A DNA stretch of 63,954 nt, counting the filler, from Octopus bimaculoides (Eukaryota), in the NCBI RefSeq assembly GCF_001194135.2. It is 5 parts of 5 records of this genome, joined end to end, with 100 filler letters (N's around TTAATTAATTAA, not from the genome) between each part and the next. Parts side by side here need not be neighbours in the genome. Positions count along the whole stretch, not along the records: positions 1 to 28,040 come from NC_068987.1; 4 more parts are not named here. One strand, 5' to 3'. The position numbers were made by a program, and so were the translations under genes. Below the pieces are notes generated by a model. That model saw nothing but the letters and a program-made list of their open reading frames with translations, did not search any database and was not told where the DNA came from. Below are positions 12,598 to 24,600 of the stretch, piece after piece (position 1 is the first letter of the stretch; each line of letters begins with the position of its first letter).

Positions 12598-15586
12598 TGT
12601 CCCCCCCTCCCCCAACATTGTTTGACAACCAATGTTGGTGTGTTTGTGTCCTTGTAACTTAGCTGTTCGGCAGAAGAGGCTAATAGAACAGGCACCAGGC
12701 TTAGAGGGAATAAGTCCAGGGGTCAATTTCTTTGATCAAAAGGTGGTGCTCCAGCATGGCCACCATCAAATGACTGAAACGTAAAAGAATAAAAGAATAC
12801 CAGAAGAACGTTCCATACCACTAAACCAAGAAGGTTCTTTGAAAATGTACGATGTATTTTAAGGCCAAATAGTAATTCTGTTTACATTTGCACAACTGAG
12901 ATATTTTGTTTGGATTACATATTAAGTCATCAAGTATGAAATTCGTAGAAAAGAAAAAAAAATTTGCTAATGTTTTATAAATACAAGGAATAGTTTCATT
13001 AATCAAAGTATGCACCCATGTTGTCAATACACTTTTGCCATTTCAGCAGCAGCTTGTCCAGCCCAGAACAGTAAAAGCCTGGCAATCTAGAGTCAATAAA
13101 ATTTTGGAAGGCCTGTTTTACTGCATCGCCGAAATTAAATTTTTTTTCCTATCAAAAAGTTATCCAACTTCTGGAAGAAGTGGTAGCCAGTGGAGGCAAG
13201 ATCAAGTAAGTATGGTAGATGATGGAGAACTTGCAACTCCAACTCCTGTAGTTTCACCAATGTCATTTTTGCAATGTGTGGTCTGGCATTGTCTTGCAAT
13301 AAAATAGGAGTAGATATGTTGACTAATCTAGGCTGGGTTTTTTTGTAAATTTCTGCATCAATTGGTCCAGTTGGCTGCAATATACTTCAGCCATGATTGA
13401 TGAGCCAGGTTTAATGAAATCATAATGGATCACACCTGTACCAAACCACCAAACACACATCATCAGTTTCTTTTGATGAATTTTGCTTTTTGGTGGCTTG
13501 TCTTTGTCCAACCATTGTGCTGAACGTTTACAGTTGTTGTATTGAATCCATTTCTCACCACATGTTACAATTTGATTAAAAACTGTGACGAGAAAGTAGC
13601 ATAATGCAGGCTTCCAAACATTGCTGTTTCTGATTTTCACTGAATTCATGTGGAACCCACTTATTCAACTTTTTCACTTTACTGGTGAGTCAATATTGTT
13701 TGCATGCTAACACCAAAAAACAACGATAATTCACGGGCACTTTGAGATGGATCTGACTCAACGGTGGCTTTCAGTTCATTATCCACCTTTGTTTCTGGTC
13801 AATCACGTTGTTCATTTGTGAAGTCAAAGTTACCAGAACAAAATTTTGCAAACCAATTCGATACTGTCTTCTGTGTAATAACATTGGAATGAAATACTCC
13901 ATTAATATTCCGAGCTGTCTGTGATGCTGTATTTCCAAGAAAGAACTCATATTTCAAAACTGTACAAATTTCTGACTCATCCATCTCTAAACAAAATAGC
14001 AAAAAAGGATTTATAAATGAGTTAGAATAAAAAAAATAGATGTGTCAGCTTTCTAACGAAAAATGAAGATTGTCAAAATATAATAATGGCACAAAATGAG
14101 CAGCTGTCAAAGTTTATCATATACCTTTCTACAAATTTCATACTCAAAGACCTAATAGTTATCAGTTTTACACTCCTTGCTATATTCTGTAACTGTCAGA
14201 ATATCAAAACATTTCTCATGGCACCAGCACACAATTTACAGACACTTACATTCCTTGTTTTCCATGGATTTTTCACAGGTCCATCTAGTTAATATTATTC
14301 TTACTTATCACCCATTGAAATTGCTGCAAGACTTGTAGCACCAGTTACCCATTTTTGCCTGATAGTTGGATAATTGCAAAGAAGCTTCACTATCATACAG
14401 ACAATGTTGTTGTTTACAGTCTTCCATGAAAATCATGTCAAGCCATGGGGAAATATATTACCTTGTTTGGAAACAGTTGAGTGTTGGCAACATGAAGAGC
14501 ATCCAGCTGTAAAAAAAATTTGCCACAATAAACTGTCTGACACATACAAGCATAGAAAAGTGGACATTATGATGATGATGAAGGAACAATGTTTTGTTAG
14601 TTTTCAGTGATGAGTTCAAATCCTTGAATGAAGTAGAAGTAAAAAGTAGAGAACCACTCCAGAGTAGCCCAGGATATTCTACTCAAAATAATGATGAGAT
14701 GTTCCAGATGTTGTCAAGAGTATTAGTGGATCAAATGAAGTGACGTGACTGCAACCAAGATTAGAAAACAACTTGTAGAGTCGGCTCACTACAAGCTTAC
14801 CTTTTAGTACTAAGTACTCACCAACTATAGCAAGAAATTAACCCTTTGAACTGGGAAGTATGTTTTAACAGGTGTGATTTTATTTGATCATATCACTGGA
14901 AGAAGCAGCCATATGGTTTTATGTTTACTGAATAATGATGTTTCTGCAAATTAGTGCAGCATAAACTTAAAATCATGTGGTTGCCTGCTTTTCCATCTTC
15001 CAAGAGGATCGTCAAACAAAATTGCACTTGCTAAAGCACAGTGGTGGGTTCAAAGAGTTAAAATCTGTTTATATAAAGAGTAATAAGAAATTATGATTGA
15101 ACTGAAAAGAAAGAAATGAAATACACATTGCATTAATCAGAATATAAATCTTTACCTGGGCATTTTGGGTAATATGTGAAGATCATTGCTTCGCTTGTTT
15201 CATTGTTAGATGGCTTCTCCAGTCGGATGTTAACTTGTATAGGTTTACTGATATGTATATTATGATATGGTGGCGTTTTAAACACAATAGCATACTAGAA
15301 ATGAATAATAATATAATGTAGTTAATATTTCTAGATATAATATTCATATGTGTAAATATATATTAGATTGTAGAGTCTGGAAGAATGGGTAGAATGAATA
15401 AAATAGCTTGTTATTTGCTTGCATTCCTTGACTCCATCCAGATCAACTGATTTTCATCTTTCCTAAGCTGGTATCCAGCTTGGCCATAGTTCATTGACAA
15501 ACTAATAAAGAATACATCCATTATAAAGATTATAAAAGTCAAATGATTTGTAAGATAATATTGGAAAGACATACTAAAACTGAAGA

Positions 15587-15626
<40 letters not shown>

Positions 15627-18600
15627 GCACTACTGGGCACAGCACACATCCTACGCAAAACACTTTCAATACAGTAACCATAAGAGCACCACGGCAAACC
15701 ACAGCACATACCCAAGGCGCACAGAGCTGCGCTCAGTAGTGAAGTGAAAGCACGTTATAAAAATAAAACTACTGAACAATAATAATAATAATTTCTACTG
15801 TAAGCACAAGACCTAAAATGTTGGAGAGTACTCAACTAATATTTATTCCATCAACCTTGAAAGGATGAAAGGCAAAGTCAACCTCTGCAGCATTTGTACT
15901 CAGAATGTAGATAGATGAAATGTCGCTATGCCTTTTTTCCAGCACAGTAAAAATTCTGCCAGCTTGCCACCTTAATAATAATAATCCTTTCTGCTATAGG
16001 TACAAGGCCTGAAATCTTAGAAAAGAGGTTGGTCAATTACATTGACCCTGGTGCGCAACTGGTACTTATTTCATCGACCCCCAAAAGGATGAAAGGCAAA
16101 GTCAACCTCAGCAGAATTTGAACTCAGAACATAAAGCCCAATGAAATACCACTAAGCATTTTCTGTGTTGAGTTTTGCCGCCTTAATATGATAACTCTTT
16201 TTAATTTTGGCACAAGGCCAACAATTTTAAAAGGTAGGGTTAGTTGATTACATCAAACCCAGTGCTCAAATGGTACTTATTTTTATTGACTCCAAAGGGA
16301 TAAAAGACAAAGTCAATCTTGATGGAATTTCAACGCAGAATGCAAAGAGCTGGAAATGACACAAAGCATCTTGTCCAACATACTGATGATTCTGTTGGCT
16401 CACTGTCTTAATAATAATTCTTTCAAATTTTGAGGGGAGAGGAAACTCAATTATATCAAAACCAGTGCTCAGCTGATACTTATTTTATTAGCCCCCAAAA
16501 GGATGAAAAGCAAAGTCAGCTTCAGTGGCATTTGAACTCAGGACATAAAGAGCAAGTAGAAATGCCACTAAGAATTTTGTCCAGTGCAGTAACAGTTCCA
16601 CTAACTCACCGTCTTAACAACAATGACGATGATGAATGTAAATCTGAGGATTTTAAATTTAAATTTCTTCATTACTTCTCTCATATGTGATAGTAGAAAG
16701 ATGTCATGGTCAAAGTCTAGGTGAAAGATGTGTATTTTGCAAAAGTATTTGAGCGAATTTGCTTACTCTCTGAATATGGATTATATTACTTGAAATTGTT
16801 GTTATACAATGCAATATGGTATCACCATTAATGTTGCTGATGCTTATAATTAAATTAACATACATACTTGAAACAGTCTTAGATTAAAATACTAATGTGT
16901 ATAACATCTCAGTCTAATGCTATTTCAAATGCAAATATCAATTTAATTCTAGCCTGCCTAGGTTTCACACAGATCAGTAAATGTTTTGTTAACTGATTTG
17001 TATATTGGAACAATTATTTTCATTTAACCTCAAAAAGCCAGGGTATTTGTCACTAAAGAGACCAAATCAGGTTGAAATTCCCAATGTTTTTTTAGCATGT
17101 AAGTCTCTTTGAGATATTTCTCTGGAATACAATATTACAGCAAGAAGCATTCCATACTTGTATACACATAAATTTTATTACATACCAGGATACTAATAAT
17201 GACTCTGTATCACGTTTTACTGTTTGTGTTGTTAACCCTGGAAGGAAACATTTTCCAGTTTTCTGGCTTTACTTTGGCTTATATTCTTTCTTTATTTGAT
17301 CAGTTGTTTGATGCAGAGTTTATTTCTGCTGTTTGTGATTTTGGCTCGGGCTTTTGTCAGGTCAGCTGTTTTAATTGAATAATGAGGTTTATATTTTTTT
17401 TGGCTGTGTGGTTATGCTTGCTTCTTCAACCATGTGGTCTCAGGTTCAGTCCTGCTGTGTGGCATCTTGGGCAAGTGACTTCTGCCACAGCCCCAGACTA
17501 ACCAAAGCTTTATGAATAAACTTCATAGAGGGAAACTGAAAGAAGCCTGCCAAATGTGTGTGGGTGTATGTGTGTGTTTACCCTTGTCTTGACATCATGT
17601 GGTGGCTGTAAACAAGCACCACCATCATACAAGTGATGTTGTTCATATTTAGTCATGTGAAAACATGTCTGGTTATGAAAAGATATTACCTTGCTCAGAT
17701 AATTTTGAAGATTGGTGACAGGAAAGGCATCCTGCTGCAGAAAATCTTCCTCAACAAATTCTACCTGCACCATGTAAGCATGGAAGAGTGAATGTTGAAT
17801 AAGAATGAAGATGATGATGTTACCTCGAAGATAAGTTTTGGGAAGCTTCTACATTTATTCTGTTGACTGTATATCCTGTAGTATTTATGTTGATAGCTGT
17901 AATGTAATTGAATTCTAAACACTGCTGTTAGCAGTGGTTTGACTGGACTTTATTTTCTTTGAAGTTTGTGATAATGATTTTGTTTTATTCATAAATGTGA
18001 TGATGAGCAGGGGATCAGAAGAAAGTTGAAGACTGTCTAAGCATATAGTTGTCGTTGTTTAGCCCTGATTGATGTTTCAGGTATGACTTAAAACTGCATC
18101 CTGTAGTGGGGCCGTGGTTCAGCAATTACAGGCTTTTGAGAAGAGTAGAACCACCTCTTAGTCACTATTCCTCCCATGTCTGATCTGACTCAGAGTAATA
18201 GCACTTGTCAGGGTCCCAGCTATGGGTTGATTAGCAGGTTATGGAAGAATTTCCAAGCACAAACCCTCACTGTCTTGTAAGAGCCTTGGGAAAAGAAAAG
18301 GCTAGGAGAGTTGACCTTGACAGTAAATCAAGGAGTGGAGGCCCTCAAACGATATGGTAACCTCTTTCACACTCTTCTGGCAACTCCAAGGAACATGGAG
18401 CTCTCCAACCCCATAAGGCCACCTAGGAGATGGCTACTGCAATGTAAAATCTACAGCTTGCTGGTCACCACAACCATCATAGCCCACTGAGCCACTGTGG
18501 ATTGCAATGACTGACTCTCAGTTTAATACTAACCAGCTGAGGATGTGTCACTCTTTCTCATGATCATTGGACATGAATAAACTGCTATTGCCATCAGCCC

Positions 18601-21600
18601 TGATTGAGCAATCAAATGCATTCCAGCCATATCCTGTTTGTTTTTCCTTTATTCAATTAGTGTATTTAGAATTACACTATCCAAGATGTATGAAGGCATA
18701 TGACTCAGGGGTTAGAGTGTCAGGTTTACAATCATGAGGTTGTGAGTTCACTTCCCAGACCAGGCTGTGTTGTATTCTTGATCAAGACACTTTAATTCAT
18801 GCTGTTCCAGTTCACTCAGTTGAAGAAATGAGTTGCAATGTCACTGGTGCTAAGTTGTATCAGTTTTTGCCTTTCCCTTGGATAATATCAATGGCATAGA
18901 GAGGGGAGACTGGTATGCGTAGGCAACTGCTAGTTTTCCACAAATGACCTTGCCTGGACTCGTGCCTTGGAGGAGAACTTTCTTGGTGCAATCCCATGGT
19001 CATTTGTGACCGGAGGAGGTCTTTACTCTTTACCCTATCCAAGATGTACTTACCTGTTTAAGAGAATAAAGTGTGAAATGAGCAAGACTGAGCTGCTATT
19101 TAAAACCAGTTGATTGACCACATAGAATCTCAGTAAGTAATGCCTGTTGAGAAGTATTTCTTGCTAGCTTGTTATATGATTTTGTATTAGTGAACGTTCA
19201 CTAACCTTTTTGATGCCAACCTGCTTGAGACCACCCGCTGGTTCTATTATACAAACTTCTTTTCTAAAGTGATCTAAATTTCTCATTACAATTTCATGCT
19301 AATTTATGTTACAAACAACAGCTTAATAATGACAAAGTTATTTTACTAAATTCTTCATAATTTTTAAAGTTAATTGAAATGAAAATGGTGTATTTATACA
19401 GAAATACAGTAACAAGAGTTAAGAAGACATAGTTTGGGTGTGTTAACTGTATTGTTTTTGTATTAGGATATGTTGGATTCATTGAAGCATCCCAATGACT
19501 GTTTGGGAATGTTTTTATTTGTAGTAAGAAATGACTAACCTAGTAGGGTTGTTGGTGAAGTTGTGGTTGTACGTATTTACTTAGTATAGTAATGTGCTTA
19601 CTGGGGCAGGTCATTATTTTGAAGGTTTGCATTTATATTGCAGTTCTGTTCCCTATTAGTGTTTGAATATCATTTGTAGCTTATTATACTGGATGCATGA
19701 TTTTATTTAAGTTGTAAGGTCTCCGTCATAGTTCAGCCTGTACACATTGCAGTGTAATTAGGGATTGAGGAGCATTGTGTTGATGCTGTAGCATTGTCCC
19801 TTGTAGCATTGCTATGTGAATGCCATGTGTGATGATAAAAGTTTAATTTTTAAGCTGTTAGTGTTATGTGTCAGTGTTTAGCTCTTATGTTTAATTGTTA
19901 CATGAAGTACAAAGGCTTTTTCTTATCTACTATTTTGTATTTTGTGTGATGTAATCAGATGTTGATATGTTGGCTTGTTTTGGTGTGGTTGTACCATTTG
20001 TTACAGCTTGGGACTTTAGCCTGGTTTTTCACATTGCATTTATATGTGAATTAAGAGAATTTTAGGTTGCTTATATTTTTTGTATGTGTGTGAGTTTTCT
20101 ATTGGGTTGCTCCCAACTTTTTTTTCCATTGTCTTCATACAGAGTCATTGCCTCTAAATTTTTGTTGTGCTTGGTGTTGATCTACATGACATCTGCTTTT
20201 ATTCCTTTGTCAACTTTTCATTTTTTATTACAGTAATGACAATCCATCTGTTTTTCTTCTTCCATAATGTCAAGAAGTTCACTTCCCAACCTCAGTTTCA
20301 GGTCAATCCCACTGTGTAGCAATTTGGGTAAATATCTTCTAATATAGCCCAGACCAACCAAAGACTTATCAGTGGATTTGATAGATGGAAACTGAAAGAA
20401 GGTGTGTGTGTGTGTGTGTGTGTGCATGTGTGTGTGTGTGTGTGCATGTGTGTGTGTGTGTGTGCACGCGTGCACATATCTATGTGTTTCTTTGTCTTGA
20501 CATCGCACAATAGTTGTAAATGAGTTTGTTCTTTAAGATTGTAAGCTATGTTTTGAGAGAGATTAGACTGCTAATTCTGGCAGGTTAAGTGACTGTACAG
20601 AGGGTCTCTTGTTGGCTCAAAAGATAATAGTTGGACCACTTTGCATTGTATATAAAATAATGATAATAATAATAATAATAAAACGCTTACTTGCTTGTGT
20701 ATATCTGTTGCCCCGAAGTCTGCTAATGCTCGCCACTGGTCAGGAGAATTTTCATTCTCAGAAAAAACCACACAAATGTCATCTATTAAAAACAAAAAAC
20801 ATAGAAGTTATAAACATTCTATGGAAATTATCAATAATTTTTTAAAACTCTGAAACTTAGTTCAGAAACTTTATGTAAAGCAAGGCTTCATTCCATAACT
20901 CATTCTTGAGTTAAAAGCATGGTAGTAAGATTAGATATGTATCTTATGTGGATGAAGATACCAAACAGATCTTTGTGCAACAAAATGTTCCAAATCAAGC
21001 CATGCAATTCCAGGTCCTACTGTAACATATGACAGTAAAGGTTTAGGGTACTTGCTGGAGGTTCATCCATTCATCTGATCAACCTAATAAAGGCAAGTAG
21101 AGTTAAGTAACTTACATAAGGTCGCGATGCAATGTCTATTCTTAGAAGTATTAATCAAGAGGCAGTTACCATAATTAGTTAAGGGAAGCAAATATCAGAA
21201 TTTAACATTTTTTCCTGTATCTGTTTCAGTCATCACACTGCAGCCATGCTGGAGCACTGCTTTGAAGAACTTTAGGTTGATTGAATTGACTCCAGTACTT
21301 TTTTTTTTTAAAGCTTGGTGGGACTCTTTTTGGAAACTGCTAAGTTACATGGGAATAAACAAACCAACACTGGTTGTCAAGAGGTAGTGGGGGACAAACA
21401 CACACACATATATATATGCATGATGGGCTTCTTTCAGTTTCCATCTACCAAATCCACTCTCAAGGCTTTGGCTATAGCAGAAGGCACTTGCCCAAGGTGC
21501 CACACAGTGAGATTGAACCAGGAACTATGTGGTTGGGAAGCAAGCTTGTCATGTCTGTGCTTATTTAAGGAAATAAACTGGAGAGAATTAATTGAAGGTG

Positions 21601-24600
21601 GTGAGCTTGAAGAATCAGTAGCACATTGAACAAAATTTCTTTTGGCTCTTTATATTCTAAGTTCAAATCCTGCCAAGGTCAATCTTGCCATTCATACTTT
21701 CAGGGTTAATAAAAATAAAGTACCAGTCAAGTACTGGGGTCATTGTAATTAACAAAATGTCCTCTCATCAAAATACTGACTGTGTTCCTAAATTATTAAT
21801 TATTACTTGCCAAGGTCAACTTTGCTTTCATCCTTTCTGGTTCAAAAAGTAAAGTAAAAGCTCAATAATAGAGTTGATGTAATTGACTTACCCCTTCTAA
21901 AACTGCTGGTCATGTAGCAAAATTTTAAACAATTAATTAGAGCTAAATTACATTATTGATAATTTTTTTCTAGAATTCAAGGAGAATTTATTCAGACTAT
22001 GCTAAGTATTGTTATTTATTCAGAATAAAAGAACAATGGAGGATTTAAAAAAAAAAATTTTTGTAACTAAATTATCTGTTTTCAATTATCTTCAATCCAT
22101 AAGATACTTTCTGATTGATCAACTTTTATAGCAAAGAGGTACAGTCAATAGTAACATCCTCAGTGTATTATCGCTACTTATCTTATTCACCCCCACCCCC
22201 ATCTCTATCCTCTAATTGAATAGAAAGCAAAGCTGACTGGCTGCAATGGGATATGAACTCAGAATGTGGAAAAGTGAAAATAAATACAAACTGGTTTTAG
22301 TTTTGTCCTCTGCCTTGTTGACCAGCCCCAGTCTATTATAATAGACTCATAATAATTTTTTATGTTTGTATTGGGAAGAATCAAGCGATAAACTGTCAGA
22401 TTTCAACCATTTAGTGTTTACACCAGCCATATTTGGCCCAAATATTCTACCTGTTTTATGTTCAAACCAACCAGATTTGGCCTCTCACACCTATCCTACA
22501 AAGTCCTCGTAAGAATAAACAGTCACATCATTGAAATTTTGAAGCAATAAATTAATGCATGATTAAGTCAAACCAATGTAAATAAATATTACATTTGATA
22601 GAGTAATCTGAATGCTAAAGAGTTAATCTGCCATTATCTCAGCCAGATCTATGAATGTAGAAAACATATCAGACACCAAACAAAGTTAATAGAGACTGTG
22701 TTGGCTTCCAAAAAACCATATGAACAGGCCTTATGGAATAAGATTTTATAATCTTGTAGAGACTATTCAGAAACATTATGAAATTATTTGTTCCAATACA
22801 AAAATTACTAGTCAGAGAGAGGGCAAACATTTTTAAAAGGGTCTTAAAATGTCTACCAAGGCTGGAGTTACAACTCATTTTCAAGGATCCGTCAAGCATA
22901 AATAAATTCTTGCTATTAATGTGGTGTTTGTGGTGTTATGGGCTGTGATGAGCTATGTGGTGTTGGTGGAGAGGATTGCAGATGAGGCAAACAGAAGTGA
23001 AGACTGCAGGGGCTGGCGGAAGAACCACAGGGGCATGCGTGGATACCGAGCACTTGCAGGCAGTTTGAGCAGAGACGCCGTGTGTGAAAGGTTATGTTTT
23101 GATCTGGTCAGTGATCACCCATCCTGCCACGGTCAACAGGTAAGGTCGCTGCATTTCTTTCTCCCTTTTGCTTCTTTTTCTGTTGTCTTTTTCCTCCATC
23201 ATCCTATAAGCTATTTCAGCCCATAACAAAAAAAACCAAAAAAAAAACCAATGATGAGTGTAGTCCATATCTCGAACGATATGGTCAAACTGTTTTGCAG
23301 TGACACGAATGTAGTCGCTTGGTTAAAGAAGATGAAGTTGGTTACGAAGCTCCACGGGATAGATGACTTAGTGAGTTTTCTACCGCTGTACCTAGATGGT
23401 TCGGCATTGGCACTATACTTAGAAATGGAAGAAAGGGACCAACTTAGCATGGAAAAAATAGAAATCTGCTTGATGGAGGCCTTTGCAGAAGGAATGTTCG
23501 AAGCGTATGCTTACCTGGAGAAAGCAAAGTGAACTGGCGAACAGGTTAACGTATTTGCCAACGAATATTTGCCAATGAACTCAAGAGATTGGCTAAGCTG
23601 GTGGGGCATGAAGGAGAATCACTGGACCGGACAGTTAAGTTAGCGTTTGTGACTGGCTTTCCGGACCACATGTCGGTCGAGTTGCAAAAACTGCCGAACG
23701 TCAGCTCAATGGCGATGGCAGATATTATAACTCAGGCTCACATGCTAGTTTCGTGTTGCAGGACGCCGCCGGTAGCAGCGACTGCAACAACGAAAAGTGG
23801 CTGAGGAAGGAGTAGCGGAGAGAGGTCAAACAAGGAACATGTGCAACCACTCAAAAGACAGTGTTTCTGGTGTCAGGGCCCACACATGATGCGAGATTGC
23901 AAGTCACCTAAGCCTGAGGTCATTTGCTACTGGTGTCGAGAAACAGGACATATAGCCAGCGAATGTCTGCAGGGAAATGGTCTAAGGGAGTCTATTGCAC
24001 CAGTAGTTATCCCTTTGGATCAATAGAGGCGTGTTTGTTGCTACCTGTAGTCGACATTCTGGTGGAGGGGAAGATGTCGCGAGCCCTTGTGGACACGGGC
24101 TGTACAACGACCCTGATGACTCCAGGAGTGGTAGGGACGTGGAGTGGAGAAAGCAGTGTGAGGGTAGTGGATGGAAGAGAGGTACACTGTGAAGGCATTA
24201 CAGATGCACAGATTGTGGTGCAGGGAACAAAGTTGACGCTGCAAGCAATTGTAGTTGGCCACTTGGTGGACGAGATTGATGTGGTGATGGGGATGGATGC
24301 AATCACCCATTTAGGTGGTGTCACTGTCAACGAGGCCGGTGTAACATTCGGGGTTGCGGGGAAACCGTGTATGGCAAAACCGTGCATTGGTGAGAACCGT
24401 AAAGAAAACTATGCAACGCACACCACTGAAGACCAGGACTTTCGTGCTGTCTTCGATGGCCAGAGGTGGACAGTGGAGTGGCACTGGAAGGGAGAGTCCC
24501 CAACGTTGAAAAATAAAGTGGGCTGCTATCAGCATACTTTGAAAGATGCCAGAAGCGAGTTCGAGGGGGAGGTGGTGCGGTGGATTAAGGAGGGCAGGAT

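Noticed and set aside
21116-21135. 20-nt candidate micro-exon with a GTAAGT donor in the NF-kB intron
   Set aside because: Not needed: exons 24933 and 20782 already join into the conserved RD-DI motif.
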